Shown here one piece after another: positions 9,288 to 18,401 of a stretch of 64,000 bases of DNA. Each line of letters starts with the position of its first letter. The stretch's first letter is position 1. Under the pieces are notes generated by a model that saw only the letters and a program-made list of their open reading frames with translations, searched no databases and was not told the origin of the DNA. This stretch comes from a virus (lineage: Duplodnaviria; Heunggongvirae; Uroviricota; Caudoviricetes), in the IMG/VR virus record IMGVR_UViG_3300033144_006348; one strand, 5' to 3'. Position numbers and translations under genes: made by a program.

Positions 9288-9932
9288 TCATAAACTATTT
9301 AATACCTTCTCAATGTCTTTATCACTTGGAGCATTGGATTTAAACTTGAGAATTCTCCAACCATAACTCTCAAGTTTATAGTCTCTATTTAGATCTGGAG
9401 CAGCATCCATATTATGCCAGAATGTATCTGGAAAGTCAAAAACAATCTTGAGAACAGGATCGCAGAAGTCAGTTGTAAACTCAAAATCTAGGTTGTTGTC
9501 CCCACCTCTAAATTGCCTTATCAAATAGTCTTGCTGAACACTTGCTGAATATAGTCTAAGATAGTCTAGAATATTTCCTTTCATTTTTTCAATCGGGTTT
9601 AGACTTTTTTCTTCCTTAGCATATATTTCTTTAATGTCTAAATCCTCAATTTCTGGTTCCTCATCTTCAAAATCAACAATCAGATTAGGATCAAGTTTGA
9701 GATCATCTTCTATCTCAGGCCGATAAAACAGTTCTTTATTTTTTCCATATAATCCACGTTTTGCAAACTCAGTATTTGCAAGTGGTGCATCTGGAAATTT
9801 TTCTTTATATCTCTCATATTTCATTTTGTGAGAGAACAGATGCTTTGGTGAAATTACTAAATATGACTTTCCACATAATTGACAGTTAACTTTCCCTTTA
9901 TCGTCAAAAAACGGATATTTATATTCGCTCAT
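9288..9932 (-). CDS. C2H2-like zinc-finger protein with a C-terminal DUF559/Vsr-like endonuclease-type motif; possible homing/nicking endonuclease
   Basis: N-terminal CQLCGK..H..H motif. C-terminal ..YGWRILKF.. resembles the GWRVLRF signature of very-short-patch-repair-like endonuclease domains. A minus-strand terminator lies at 9175-9210. Confidence 0.4.
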   Translation of the reverse strand: MSEYKYPFFDDKGKVNCQLCGKSYLVISPKHLFSHKMKYERYKEKFPDAPLANTEFAKRGLYGKNKELFYRPEIEDDLKLDPNLIVDFEDEEPEIEDLDIKEIYAKEEKSLNPIEKMKGNILDYLRLYSASVQQDYLIRQFRGGDNNLDFEFTTDFCDPVLKIVFDFPDTFWHNMDAAPDLNRDYKLESYGWRILKFKSNAPSDKDIEKVLNSL

Positions 9933-9962
9933 TTAAATTTCTCCTCAGTATTCAAATTTAAA

Positions 9963-9972
9963 TTTTGTTCTA
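9963..9972 (+). promoter_or_regulatory. TTTTGTTCTA box in the 55-bp divergent junction, 15 nt upstream of ATG 9987
   Basis: Exact 10-mer, then AAAAAAGGAGTG. Confidence 0.3.
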
Positions 9973-9986
9973 AAAAAGGAGTGTTA

Positions 9987-10406
9987 ATGGATACAAATGA
10001 TTATATAAAACTGTATAATCTAAAAGTAGATCCAAAAATTCCTCATCATTACATTATTGGTCTCGCTACACAACCAATATTAAGTAAAAATCCAGGTAAA
10101 ATATTTTTAAAGTATGGACCTATACATTTCACAAATGATGAGGTAGTAAGTATGTCAGAAGTAAACCAACTGATGTCAGATGAAATATTTAAAACAACTG
10201 CAAATGAAGCTATAAATAGTCGTGAGGTAGGAGAATTAATAGCTTCTATATCTGGACTATTTATGGTTGCTAGAATGAATGAAGCATCCCTTCATCATTT
10301 CTCTTCAGAATATATTATTACGGATGAATGGTTTGTATCTTTTATAGAAACGGCACATATGAAACATACAAAAAAACTTTTAGATGAGGCAAGAATAAGA
10401 CCATGA
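9987..10406 (+). CDS. Hypothetical protein (139 aa)
   Basis: Start moved from the track start 9879 to the ATG at 9987, preceded by AAAAAGGAGTG. This avoids overlap with the divergent gene. Confidence 0.45.
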   Translation: MDTNDYIKLYNLKVDPKIPHHYIIGLATQPILSKNPGKIFLKYGPIHFTNDEVVSMSEVNQLMSDEIFKTTANEAINSREVGELIASISGLFMVARMNEASLHHFSSEYIITDEWFVSFIETAHMKHTKKLLDEARIRP

Positions 10407-10900
10407 TAGGTTCTTTTACGGGTAAATATAAAGGGTTTAGTAATTTTGAGCCTGTTGTTATATATTATAAACATTATACCTTTCCTTCAGTTGAACATGC
10501 TTATCAGGCTTCAAAAGAATTGTATCCTGGTTATTATTTTTATAAAATATTAGCTGTTCCAGCAGGCGAAGCGAACATTGCAAGAAAGTTGGGAAGGAAA
10601 TCAAAGTTAAGACCTGATTGGGGTAAATTTAAATTGAAATCAATGGAAAAATTTTTAAGACAAAAGTTTGAATATAAAAAATTTAAAAATTTACTCATAT
10701 CTACAGGAGATGAAACTCTTGTAGAAGGTAACTGGTGGCATGATAATTTTTGGGGAGATTGCCACTGTAAAAAATGTAAAGACATAGAGGGACAAAATCA
10801 TTTAGGAAAAATTTTGATGCGGCTAAGGGAGGAATATAACACAAATCGTGAACGTAATAATAACCGGAGACATCCACGGGGAATTTGGACGTCTCAATGA
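10403..10900 (+). CDS. NADAR (YbiA/DUF1768) domain protein
   Basis: Motifs GKYKGFSNFEP, SVEHAYQASK and LVEGN..D.FWGDC match the NADAR family signature. Confidence 0.6.
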   Translation: MIGSFTGKYKGFSNFEPVVIYYKHYTFPSVEHAYQASKELYPGYYFYKILAVPAGEANIARKLGRKSKLRPDWGKFKLKSMEKFLRQKFEYKKFKNLLISTGDETLVEGNWWHDNFWGDCHCKKCKDIEGQNHLGKILMRLREEYNTNRERNNNRRHPRGIWTSQ

Positions 10901-11510
10901 CCTTATTAACAGAAAGAGAAAGTATTTAGATTTAGTAATATGCTGTGGTGATTTTGGATATTGGCCAAATCATCCATATGAACAGATCTCTAATATAAGA
11001 AATCATGGAATACCTATCTTATGGTGCGATGGAAATCATGAAGATCATTGGGCTTTAAGAGAAAGAGATACAGATGAGCTAGCTCCTAATGTATTCTATA
11101 TGCCGAGAGGAAGTACTTATACTTTAGACGATGGAAGAACAATTATGTTTATGGGTGGAGCTGATTCAATTGACAAGCATTCAAGAGTTTATGGAAGAGA
11201 CTGGTTCCCGGAAGAGATTATAACACAGAAAGACTTAATGCATCTTCCGGATATAAAAATTGATATTTTCATCACGCACACTTGTCCAGATGAAGTATAT
11301 CCTATCATGGTCAAATTCTATATTGGCAAAGAAATGGAGCCTTCTAATTATGCTCTAAGTGAACTATGGAAAATTTATAAGCCTGATTTGTGGTTTTTCG
11401 GGCATTGGCATTATTTTCATCATGGTAGTCTAGAAGATACCAAATGGTATGCTTTGAGCCATCCCGGTGAGGGAACTCGTTGGTGGATGTGGCTTCCAAA
11501 GCCTAACTGA
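10848..11510 (+). CDS. Calcineurin-like metallophosphoesterase
   Basis: Motifs GDIHG, CCGDFGY and GNHED are the phosphoesterase metal-binding motifs I, II and III. Confidence 0.6.
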   Translation: MNVIITGDIHGEFGRLNDLINRKRKYLDLVICCGDFGYWPNHPYEQISNIRNHGIPILWCDGNHEDHWALRERDTDELAPNVFYMPRGSTYTLDDGRTIMFMGGADSIDKHSRVYGRDWFPEEIITQKDLMHLPDIKIDIFITHTCPDEVYPIMVKFYIGKEMEPSNYALSELWKIYKPDLWFFGHWHYFHHGSLEDTKWYALSHPGEGTRWWMWLPKPN

Positions 11511-11541
11511 AACTTTTAACACTTTGAATAAGGAGTTTAAA

Positions 11542-13353
11542 ATGATTTGGATTATTTTAGGACTAATTTTACTGATTGCAGCCACTCTGGCTTTTATTAA
11601 AATGCCAGCGACAAAAGACGTAGACGGCACCGAATACTCACTTACAACGGCCAAATATATTGCGACGGCAGTTTGTGTTGTTTTGGCTTTTCTATGCTTC
11701 TTTGCGACCAGTTTTGTCTTTATTGGTCAAAATGAAGTTGGGCATTTAAAGAGGATCTATATGGCCAGTTCAATGAAACCCGGACAGATAATTGCTGCTC
11801 CGTGGCAGAAAGGTGCCCAAGCAAGAATCATCATGCCTGGTTTTAATATTATTCCTTTGGTTTCTGTTCTATTTGATGTAGAGAAGTTTGACATTGTTAG
11901 AGTTCCCGAGGGAGAATATGGATTCGTCAAAACCAAAGATGGAAAGCCTTTAGAGGATGGTCAATATCTTGCCAGAAAGTGGGACGGAACTATAAAGCAA
12001 TTTACGAATGCCAACTATTTCCTTGGGTTTGATAAGGGTGAAGATAAATATACCGGTCCACGTGGTCAAATGGGACCGCAGATAACCGTATTGAGACCAG
12101 GAAATTACAGGATAAACAGATACCTATACGATATTGGTTCCGCCAAAGCCACCGAGGTCAAAGCTGGATTTGTTGGAGTTATCAAATCCAATGTTGGCGA
12201 CAAATACAAAGGAAAAGCCATTCTTCCCGCCGGGGTTAGTGAGACTGATCTCTCTGTTCCCATCGTTCCTAAAGGGTTTAAGGGTGTTTGGCAAGAAGTT
12301 CTGGAGCCTGCAACATACTACATCAACAGAGCTGCATATCAAGTTACCAATATTGATACTCGTGTCCAGGTGTGGAAATATCTTGGTGGATATACCAAAC
12401 GATGGATAGATCTTGAGATCACCGATGATGGAAAAATTAAACAAACGCCTGGTTCGGAACCTTTTGAGCCTCCGCAGGGTGTAGCAGATAAAGCAATCCT
12501 TCTGAGAGTTGAAGGTTGGGATGTTCCTCAAGATTGTAGAATTCAGGTTCAGGTTACACCAAATAATGCTCCATTTGTTGTTGCAGCGGTTGGAACTCTA
12601 CAGCAAGTCGAGGATAAGATCATCACTCCAAATCTTCGTTCCATTATGAGGAATGTGGTGGCGGCAGATACGATCATTGAGGTACCTGTACTGGATGAAA
12701 ATAAAGAACCTGTTCTAAATGTCGACGGAACTCCAAAGATTCGACTGATTCCACGCCCAAGAAAGGTTTTAGACCTTCTATATCAAAGGGAAAAATTGGA
12801 GACCGCTGTAGCGGACAAATTGATTCCTCAAGGTAAAAAGACTGGATTGATAGTTCAGTGGGTTCGGTTTGGTGATCCAGCTGTTCCGCCAGAGTTATTG
12901 GTTCCTGGAAAACGGAAACAATTGGCAGAGCAACTGAAGGATACATATATTCAGGAAAAACTGGCACAGACGGAACGAGTTGCTACTGAAAGTGAAAGAG
13001 CTAGAGCGGATCAACAGGTAGTTTTGATGAAGTCTGAGATTGGTATTACCGTTGCCACGAACCAAGCGACTGCAAGAGAGAAAATTGGGATAGGTGAAAA
13101 GAAATATCTTGAGGCCCTTGCTACGGGTCAAAAAGCACAGGCTATGGTTCTTGGTGTGGAGAAGACCTTTGAACTTGCATACCTCAAAGAGCTTCTTGGT
13201 GCTGCAATCAACAATCCTGAAATCGTTAAGATGAACAACATCTTGGTTATGGGTGCGGATAGTGGAATGTCCGGCCCAGCAGCTATTCTTGGTGCCAGTA
13301 ATCTCAGCTTGGGATTAATAAAACCAGCCAAAGCACCAGTTGCACCAAAGTAA
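11542..13353 (+). CDS. Membrane protein with SPFH/Band-7 (flotillin/HflKC-like) features
   Basis: Start at ATG 11542 after AAGGAG. N-terminal TM helix, large central domain, Ala/Glu/Gln-rich C-terminal coiled-coil segment. Confidence 0.35.
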   Translation: MIWIILGLILLIAATLAFIKMPATKDVDGTEYSLTTAKYIATAVCVVLAFLCFFATSFVFIGQNEVGHLKRIYMASSMKPGQIIAAPWQKGAQARIIMPGFNIIPLVSVLFDVEKFDIVRVPEGEYGFVKTKDGKPLEDGQYLARKWDGTIKQFTNANYFLGFDKGEDKYTGPRGQMGPQITVLRPGNYRINRYLYDIGSAKATEVKAGFVGVIKSNVGDKYKGKAILPAGVSETDLSVPIVPKGFKGVWQEVLEPATYYINRAAYQVTNIDTRVQVWKYLGGYTKRWIDLEITDDGKIKQTPGSEPFEPPQGVADKAILLRVEGWDVPQDCRIQVQVTPNNAPFVVAAVGTLQQVEDKIITPNLRSIMRNVVAADTIIEVPVLDENKEPVLNVDGTPKIRLIPRPRKVLDLLYQREKLETAVADKLIPQGKKTGLIVQWVRFGDPAVPPELLVPGKRKQLAEQLKDTYIQEKLAQTERVATESERARADQQVVLMKSEIGITVATNQATAREKIGIGEKKYLEALATGQKAQAMVLGVEKTFELAYLKELLGAAINNPEIVKMNNILVMGADSGMSGPAAILGASNLSLGLIKPAKAPVAPK

Positions 13354-13362
13354 ACCTGTTTG

Positions 13363-13395
13363 TGGGAGGGACTCCGGTCTCTCCCATCCTTTATT
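13363..13395 (+). terminator. Probable intrinsic terminator after the SPFH-like gene
   Basis: GC-rich hairpin TGGGAGGG-ACTCCGGTC-TCTCCCA followed by TCCTTTATT. Confidence 0.4.
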
Positions 13396-13408
13396 AAGTG
13401 GAGGCATC

Positions 13409-13594
13409 ATGAAGATTGAAAATGATTTAACTCGCATCGAGCAAATTAATACTATTAGACTCATTTTAGGAGATTATAAGTTTGAATTTAATGAAAACGG
13501 AATGACCGATATGCAAATGTTTGAGACCGAAGATGAATTATTTGAGCATATGGCTGAAGAGATTATAGATGCTATGGAAAAAGGAAGGATGTAA
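13409..13594 (+). CDS. Small hypothetical protein (61 aa)
   Basis: Internal ATG at 13409 preceded by GGAGG. Confidence 0.3.
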   Translation: MKIENDLTRIEQINTIRLILGDYKFEFNENGMTDMQMFETEDELFEHMAEEIIDAMEKGRM

Positions 13595-13603
13595 GGAAGC
13601 ATA

Positions 13604-13786
13604 ATGAAAATCAACACTGAAGAATTAGCAGAAAAAATTGTATCCCTTATAAAAAACGATTTAGCAGCGCTATTTTCATTGGGATCTGTTGAACCTATAT
13701 TAAAAAGTAGTTATGGAAAAAGTATTATGGATAATTGGATACCCATAATTGACGGATTTATTCAAGACGCAATTAAAAAAGAGTAA
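13604..13786 (+). CDS. Small hypothetical protein (60 aa)
   Basis: ORF with RBS GGAAGCATAATG. Confidence 0.3.
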   Translation: MKINTEELAEKIVSLIKNDLAALFSLGSVEPILKSSYGKSIMDNWIPIIDGFIQDAIKKE

Positions 13787-13800
13787 GAAAAGGAGAAGAA

Positions 13801-14631
13801 ATGAAGAATCACTTAATGATTGTTGATCCACAAAACTGTTTTTGCTTTCCAGGAGAGTCATTATATGTTACCAATGCTGACCGTGACATGTCCAATGTTG
13901 CAAAAATGATTATACGTCTTAATGAAAGAATATATGAGATTCACGTCACTCTCGACTCTCATCATCTCATTGATATAGCTCACCCCATTTTCTGGGTGAA
14001 CTCTCAAGGGACGGCTCCAGATCCCTTCACTATCATCACAAGAGACGATGTTTTGAATGGAGTCTGGATGCCAAGCATACCTGCTTATCTAAATCGAACG
14101 ACAATGAAAACAGCAGGTATAGATCGTGATGGAGTTGTAGAATATGTAACAACCCTTGAAAAAAATGGAAGATATCCTCTTTGTATCTGGCCTCCACATG
14201 GTCTTATAGGAAGCTTTGGTACACAAGTGTTTCAAGAACTTTTGGAAGCACTTTGGAAATGGGAAAAAGATAACTATGCAATGGTTAACTTTGTAACAAA
14301 AGGCTCGAATTTCATGACAGAACACTATTCGGCAGTTCAAGCAGATGTTCCCGATCCAGAAGACCCAAACACCCATTTAAATGAAGGTCTTATCGAAATT
14401 CTGAAAACAGCAGATGAAATCATATGGACTGGAGAAGCACTATCTCACTGTGTGGCTAATACAATAGAAGATATTGCCAATAACTTTGGAGAAGAAAACA
14501 TCAAAAGAATGATTCTTCTTATAGATGCCACTTCAAATGTTACAGGTTATGACCAGTTGGGTAAAGACCTTGTGAAAAAAATGGTTGGACGTGGGATGAG
14601 AACCTCAACAACAGTTGAGTATATGAAATGA
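13801..14631 (+). CDS. Isochorismatase-family cysteine hydrolase, nicotinamidase (PncA)-like
   Basis: IVDPQNCFCFPGESLYVTNA matches hhhDhQNDF..G.L.V of the family. LDSHHLIDIAHP is a metal-binding D-x-H..H motif. A candidate catalytic Cys lies in GEALSHCV. Confidence 0.45.
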   Translation: MKNHLMIVDPQNCFCFPGESLYVTNADRDMSNVAKMIIRLNERIYEIHVTLDSHHLIDIAHPIFWVNSQGTAPDPFTIITRDDVLNGVWMPSIPAYLNRTTMKTAGIDRDGVVEYVTTLEKNGRYPLCIWPPHGLIGSFGTQVFQELLEALWKWEKDNYAMVNFVTKGSNFMTEHYSAVQADVPDPEDPNTHLNEGLIEILKTADEIIWTGEALSHCVANTIEDIANNFGEENIKRMILLIDATSNVTGYDQLGKDLVKKMVGRGMRTSTTVEYMK

Positions 14632-15143
14632 AAACTGCAAAAGTCATAATGCACTGTAAGATATATACCGAAAGTTTTCCTGACTTTGATTATGAAGAAG
14701 GTGCCACTGGAGAGCAGATAATGGAATTTCTTCTTGATGATTGTGGTCAGGCCTTCAATTCTGGAGGAACTATAACACCGGGAGATTTAAATCTATGGTA
14801 TCTCGCAACTAATGAAAAACATGGTATCCTATCTATAAATGGATCAGAAGAAACATGGAAATGGGGAGAATCATCTTGGGAACGAGTTGAAGGTTTTGTT
14901 GAACTACTGAAAAAGTTTAAGGTTTTTTCAGAAGATCAGTACGATCTCATTATGGAAAAAATTAAGGAAGGTAAAGACAATTTTAATTTCATGTATGACA
15001 TTTCTAACTATTTAGAATCAAAAGAGCTTGGAACCCCTTGGCAGCATCCGGGTAATAAAGGTCGAGATGATTCTTTAAAGTTTTTTGGAAATATTATAAA
15101 AACATTAAAAGACGGAGGATATAAAACCGTATGCCCAGATTAG
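14628..15143 (+). CDS. Hypothetical protein (171 aa)
   Basis: ORF whose start overlaps the upstream stop by 4 nt. Confidence 0.4.
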   Translation: MKTAKVIMHCKIYTESFPDFDYEEGATGEQIMEFLLDDCGQAFNSGGTITPGDLNLWYLATNEKHGILSINGSEETWKWGESSWERVEGFVELLKKFKVFSEDQYDLIMEKIKEGKDNFNFMYDISNYLESKELGTPWQHPGNKGRDDSLKFFGNIIKTLKDGGYKTVCPD

Positions 15144-15901
15144 CACCAACAGACGACGAACAAATTATGACCATTCCTGGTGCAGGAAATATTCAATTCT
15201 CTGCGGTTCGTATGGACAAACTGGGAGCATCTCAGTACTCCCTTATCACAGTTGTTGCAGATAGATCAGGAAGTACCGAACCGTTTGAGAAATCTTTGAA
15301 TAAGCTTGCTCAAGCAGTAGTTGAAACATGCAACGACAAAAACAATCCCAGGAGAGAAAACCTACTTCTCCGGTATCTTATATTTAACGATACCATCACT
15401 GAAGTCCATGGCTTTAAGCTATTGTCATCAATAAACCCCGATGATTATGACTTATTAGAGTCTCGTGGAAGTACAGCTCTTTTTGGCGCAACAGATGATG
15501 CCGTTGGAGCAACATTGACACTGGCAGAAAGATTGATAAGCCAAGATTACGATGTCAATGGAGCTATATATATCATCACAGATGGTATGAATAACGTCTA
15601 CAGTTCTGCAACACCAGAAACAATTATGGACAGGATTAAAAACGCTCTTGGAAAAGAGACTATTATTGATTCTCTGCTAACAATTCTAATCGGACTCTAT
15701 GATCCTAAAATACCATGGAGTAATGAAACTAAAAAGGCTCTGGAAACCTTCAAAGATGATGCAGCCCTTGATGATTATATTGATGCTGGCGAAGCAACTC
15801 CAGAGAACCTTGCGAAAATATGCAACTATGTAAGTGGAAGTGTAAGTAGCGTCAGTCAAGGTCTACAGTCTGGCGTACAAAGTCAACCCTTAACATTTTA
15901 A
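15131..15901 (+). CDS. von Willebrand factor A (vWA) domain protein
   Basis: MIDAS-like ITVVADRSGST (DxSxS), then GSTALFGA and IITDG. Confidence 0.5.
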   Translation: MPRLAPTDDEQIMTIPGAGNIQFSAVRMDKLGASQYSLITVVADRSGSTEPFEKSLNKLAQAVVETCNDKNNPRRENLLLRYLIFNDTITEVHGFKLLSSINPDDYDLLESRGSTALFGATDDAVGATLTLAERLISQDYDVNGAIYIITDGMNNVYSSATPETIMDRIKNALGKETIIDSLLTILIGLYDPKIPWSNETKKALETFKDDAALDDYIDAGEATPENLAKICNYVSGSVSSVSQGLQSGVQSQPLTF

Positions 15902-15915
15902 GGAGAAAATTATCA

Positions 15916-17031
15916 ATGACAGAACCGAAAAAAATTGCAGCAAGTCTCAAAAACTTACTGGACTCTAAGTTGGTGTTAGATATTCTTGACAGAACATCTG
16001 ACATTGTACCAGCAGCAGATCTAGTTAAGAGCTTTTGGGATTATGATTTATTTACCAGAAAACCGTCGCCCGCTTATAATGAATACGGAATATTTCACGG
16101 GACGGATCTAGATTTGGCCTGTTTCCTATACTCACTTTCAGGTCGGGGTGCAGTTATCAATATCCCCTGGTACAAGGCAGCGACCCAGAAGAAGAAAAGA
16201 AAAGATCAGGAGTTATCTTCCTCAAGAAATCGACATGGGGAGCTTCTTTCAGTGGTTGGGAATCAAACATTCTTTAAGTTCAACGTAAAAATCATAGACC
16301 AAAATGTGATTGGCGCCGATAGGGTTGGAGACCCCAGGTTATTCACTATGACGGACTATGATGGAAACTGGTACCCTGGATGGGAAAAGATCGAATTTGT
16401 TCCCACTCTCAATGAAAACAAATTCATCACAGAGAACAAGTTGTGGAGCGGGCATCGGATCGTTTTCAAAAACTTTGTTCATCCAAACAGATGGACCAGC
16501 TTCTTCGGGCAGTATTATATCATCAGCAAATTGATGAGCGAAAGGATTACAGAGGAAGCGAAGTTTCTCAACAGGGAAATCAAAGAGATGAACCTTGAAG
16601 GGATTAAATTTGCTGTTGGCGAAGGGATACAGTCACACGACTATGAGCCGCCCGGTGAAACAAAATCAGTTACATTCAACGCCTTTGAGGCCAAAATCCA
16701 TGTTCCTGAGTTGGGTTTAAAGGGTGAATTTGTTAAACCGGAACACAACCAGAAAACCCTCCTTGAGATATATGAAAAGAGAAAAGGTCTAAACAGAATC
16801 AAGGAAGGTCTTACATTTATGACCCGGGCCACCGAATACGCCCATCACATTGTTCCAGATCGTATGCCAGCGTGGATTCAGAATGCCAAATGGGAAGATG
16901 ACTTCGTTGAACCAGGTAAGAGAATCAAATGGACCAGACTGAAACTGTTTCAGCCGGGAGTCGGAAAACATGCGGTTTCAATCTTGAAACGTGTATATCC
17001 AAAAGCGGCTCAAGTTGACATCGACTACTAA
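15916..17031 (+). CDS. Hypothetical protein (371 aa)
   Basis: ORF preceded by AAGGAGAAAA. Confidence 0.45.
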   Translation: MTEPKKIAASLKNLLDSKLVLDILDRTSDIVPAADLVKSFWDYDLFTRKPSPAYNEYGIFHGTDLDLACFLYSLSGRGAVINIPWYKAATQKKKRKDQELSSSRNRHGELLSVVGNQTFFKFNVKIIDQNVIGADRVGDPRLFTMTDYDGNWYPGWEKIEFVPTLNENKFITENKLWSGHRIVFKNFVHPNRWTSFFGQYYIISKLMSERITEEAKFLNREIKEMNLEGIKFAVGEGIQSHDYEPPGETKSVTFNAFEAKIHVPELGLKGEFVKPEHNQKTLLEIYEKRKGLNRIKEGLTFMTRATEYAHHIVPDRMPAWIQNAKWEDDFVEPGKRIKWTRLKLFQPGVGKHAVSILKRVYPKAAQVDIDY

Positions 17032-17082
17032 CGTCAAAGGGAGGGGTATATATTAATTATATATCCCTCCCATATAAAGGAG

Positions 17083-17571
17083 GTGAAAATGGAAAACAGA
17101 AATAAAGGAATAATAAAACTCGCATTGGTTTTTATAGGGGTTATTTTATTTGCAACTGGTTTATATTTATTATGTAAACCAGACTGGGAATATGAAGTAA
17201 ACACTACAATTAAAGCTAAAATTCTAATATCAAGTATTAACAGGTTGGGTATTCAATACAATCTTGGTAATATTAATGTTCTTGATGACTGGCTCAACGG
17301 ATCACCCTCTTATGTTAAATATTTAGAAAATCTTAATAAAAAACACGGATATATTGAATTCGAGTTGAATGTTTATGACAAACACGGCAGAGTTGTAGAT
17401 CCTATATTTACCTACTATCTTCCTAATGGAGTAGAACTTTTTGCAAGTTATCAACCATTAAGAAAGCAACTTGTAAAAAACTACAAAACAATTCCAGGTT
17501 TCAGGTGGTTAATCAAAGACGGGAAAAAAGTTACTTATAAACCTACTATAAGAAGGGGGAATGCTCTGTGA
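17083..17571 (+). CDS. Membrane-anchored hypothetical protein (162 aa)
   Basis: N-terminal TM helix. RBS AAGGAGGTG. Confidence 0.4.
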   Translation: MKMENRNKGIIKLALVFIGVILFATGLYLLCKPDWEYEVNTTIKAKILISSINRLGIQYNLGNINVLDDWLNGSPSYVKYLENLNKKHGYIEFELNVYDKHGRVVDPIFTYYLPNGVELFASYQPLRKQLVKNYKTIPGFRWLIKDGKKVTYKPTIRRGNAL

Positions 17572-18401
17572 CAACCATTAGTTTAGATACTTTCTTAAAA
17601 ATTGGACACAACCACAAAATATGTGAAGACTACGTTTTATCCGGAATGACTCCTACTCCATATATCATCATATCTGATGGATGCTCATCTTCAACCAACA
17701 CTGAAATGGGAGCTCGATTACTATGTTATTTAGCAAAACAATTCATGGTTTTAAAAGATATTAAGTGTTCAACATATGAACAAATGGGAACATGGATAAT
17801 TAACAACGCTGAAATGACAGCAAGACAACTCGGATTAAATCCTTCTTCTTTAGATGCCACTCTTATCGTATCATATTATAATGAAACAACGAACGAAATC
17901 ATTACCAGATTTTATGGAGATGGATATCTTATTGGAATTTCAAAAAAAGATAAAGTAGTCATCTTTGGACAAAAATTCACAGATAATTATCCATATTATC
18001 TATCTAATAAGATTGATCCAAAAAGAGCTAATGCTTACCATAATATGAAAATAGATTTGATTCTATCAAATCTACTCTTTGGTGACGATACAGGAAAAAT
18101 AACATATTCTGTAAGAGCTTATGATTTTGAAAACCAGATCCATATGAATCTAAGTGATAACAAACTTATTATGATATGTTCCGATGGTCTAGAGTCATTT
18201 TACAATGAAAAAATACGCAGTGATAACCTTATAGAGGTGAAAGATTTGGTTTCAGACTTCACCAACTTTAAAAATACAACTGGAGTGTTTCTTCAAAGAA
18301 GAGTTGGCAAGGCAATAGAAAAATATGAAAAGCAAAATATCTTTCATTTTGATGATCTTTCAATGGGTACTTTTCTTATAGAGGAGGAACAAGAAGAATG
18401 A
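17568..18401 (+). CDS. PP2C-family (PPM) Ser/Thr phosphatase-like protein
   Basis: IIISDGCSSSTNTEMGA and MICSDGLESF resemble PPM metal-binding motifs (xxDGxGG and LLxSDGL). Confidence 0.4.
   Translation: MTTISLDTFLKIGHNHKICEDYVLSGMTPTPYIIISDGCSSSTNTEMGARLLCYLAKQFMVLKDIKCSTYEQMGTWIINNAEMTARQLGLNPSSLDATLIVSYYNETTNEIITRFYGDGYLIGISKKDKVVIFGQKFTDNYPYYLSNKIDPKRANAYHNMKIDLILSNLLFGDDTGKITYSVRAYDFENQIHMNLSDNKLIMICSDGLESFYNEKIRSDNLIEVKDLVSDFTNFKNTTGVFLQRRVGKAIEKYEKQNIFHFDDLSMGTFLIEEEQEE

Noticed and set aside
9879-9986. Track start 9879 for the first plus-block gene, and similar upstream or TTG track starts (11467, 13340, 21756, 25103, 25548, 52726, 56109, 59722, 60530, 62694, 63373, 63604)
   Set aside because: Downstream ATG/GTG codons with properly spaced GGAGG-type RBSs give shorter, non-overlapping genes. 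The longer versions overlap neighbouring genes or tRNAs.
12124-13331. Antisense or alternative-frame ORFs inside the SPFH-like gene (12124..12531 -, 12134..12409 +, 12674..12967 -, 12895..13131 -, 13128..13331 -), and similar ones inside other long genes (4811..5014, 4908..5090, 5300..5599, 5892..6188, 14089..14376, 16641..16971, 26459..26737, 29962..30432, 30916..31113, 32343..32531, 34086..35029, 35551..35960, 39574..39834, 40988..41290, 42996..43346, 57377..57996)
   Set aside because: They are nested within, or antisense to, longer ORFs that have RBSs and recognisable motifs. They have no independent translation signals and low-complexity composition.
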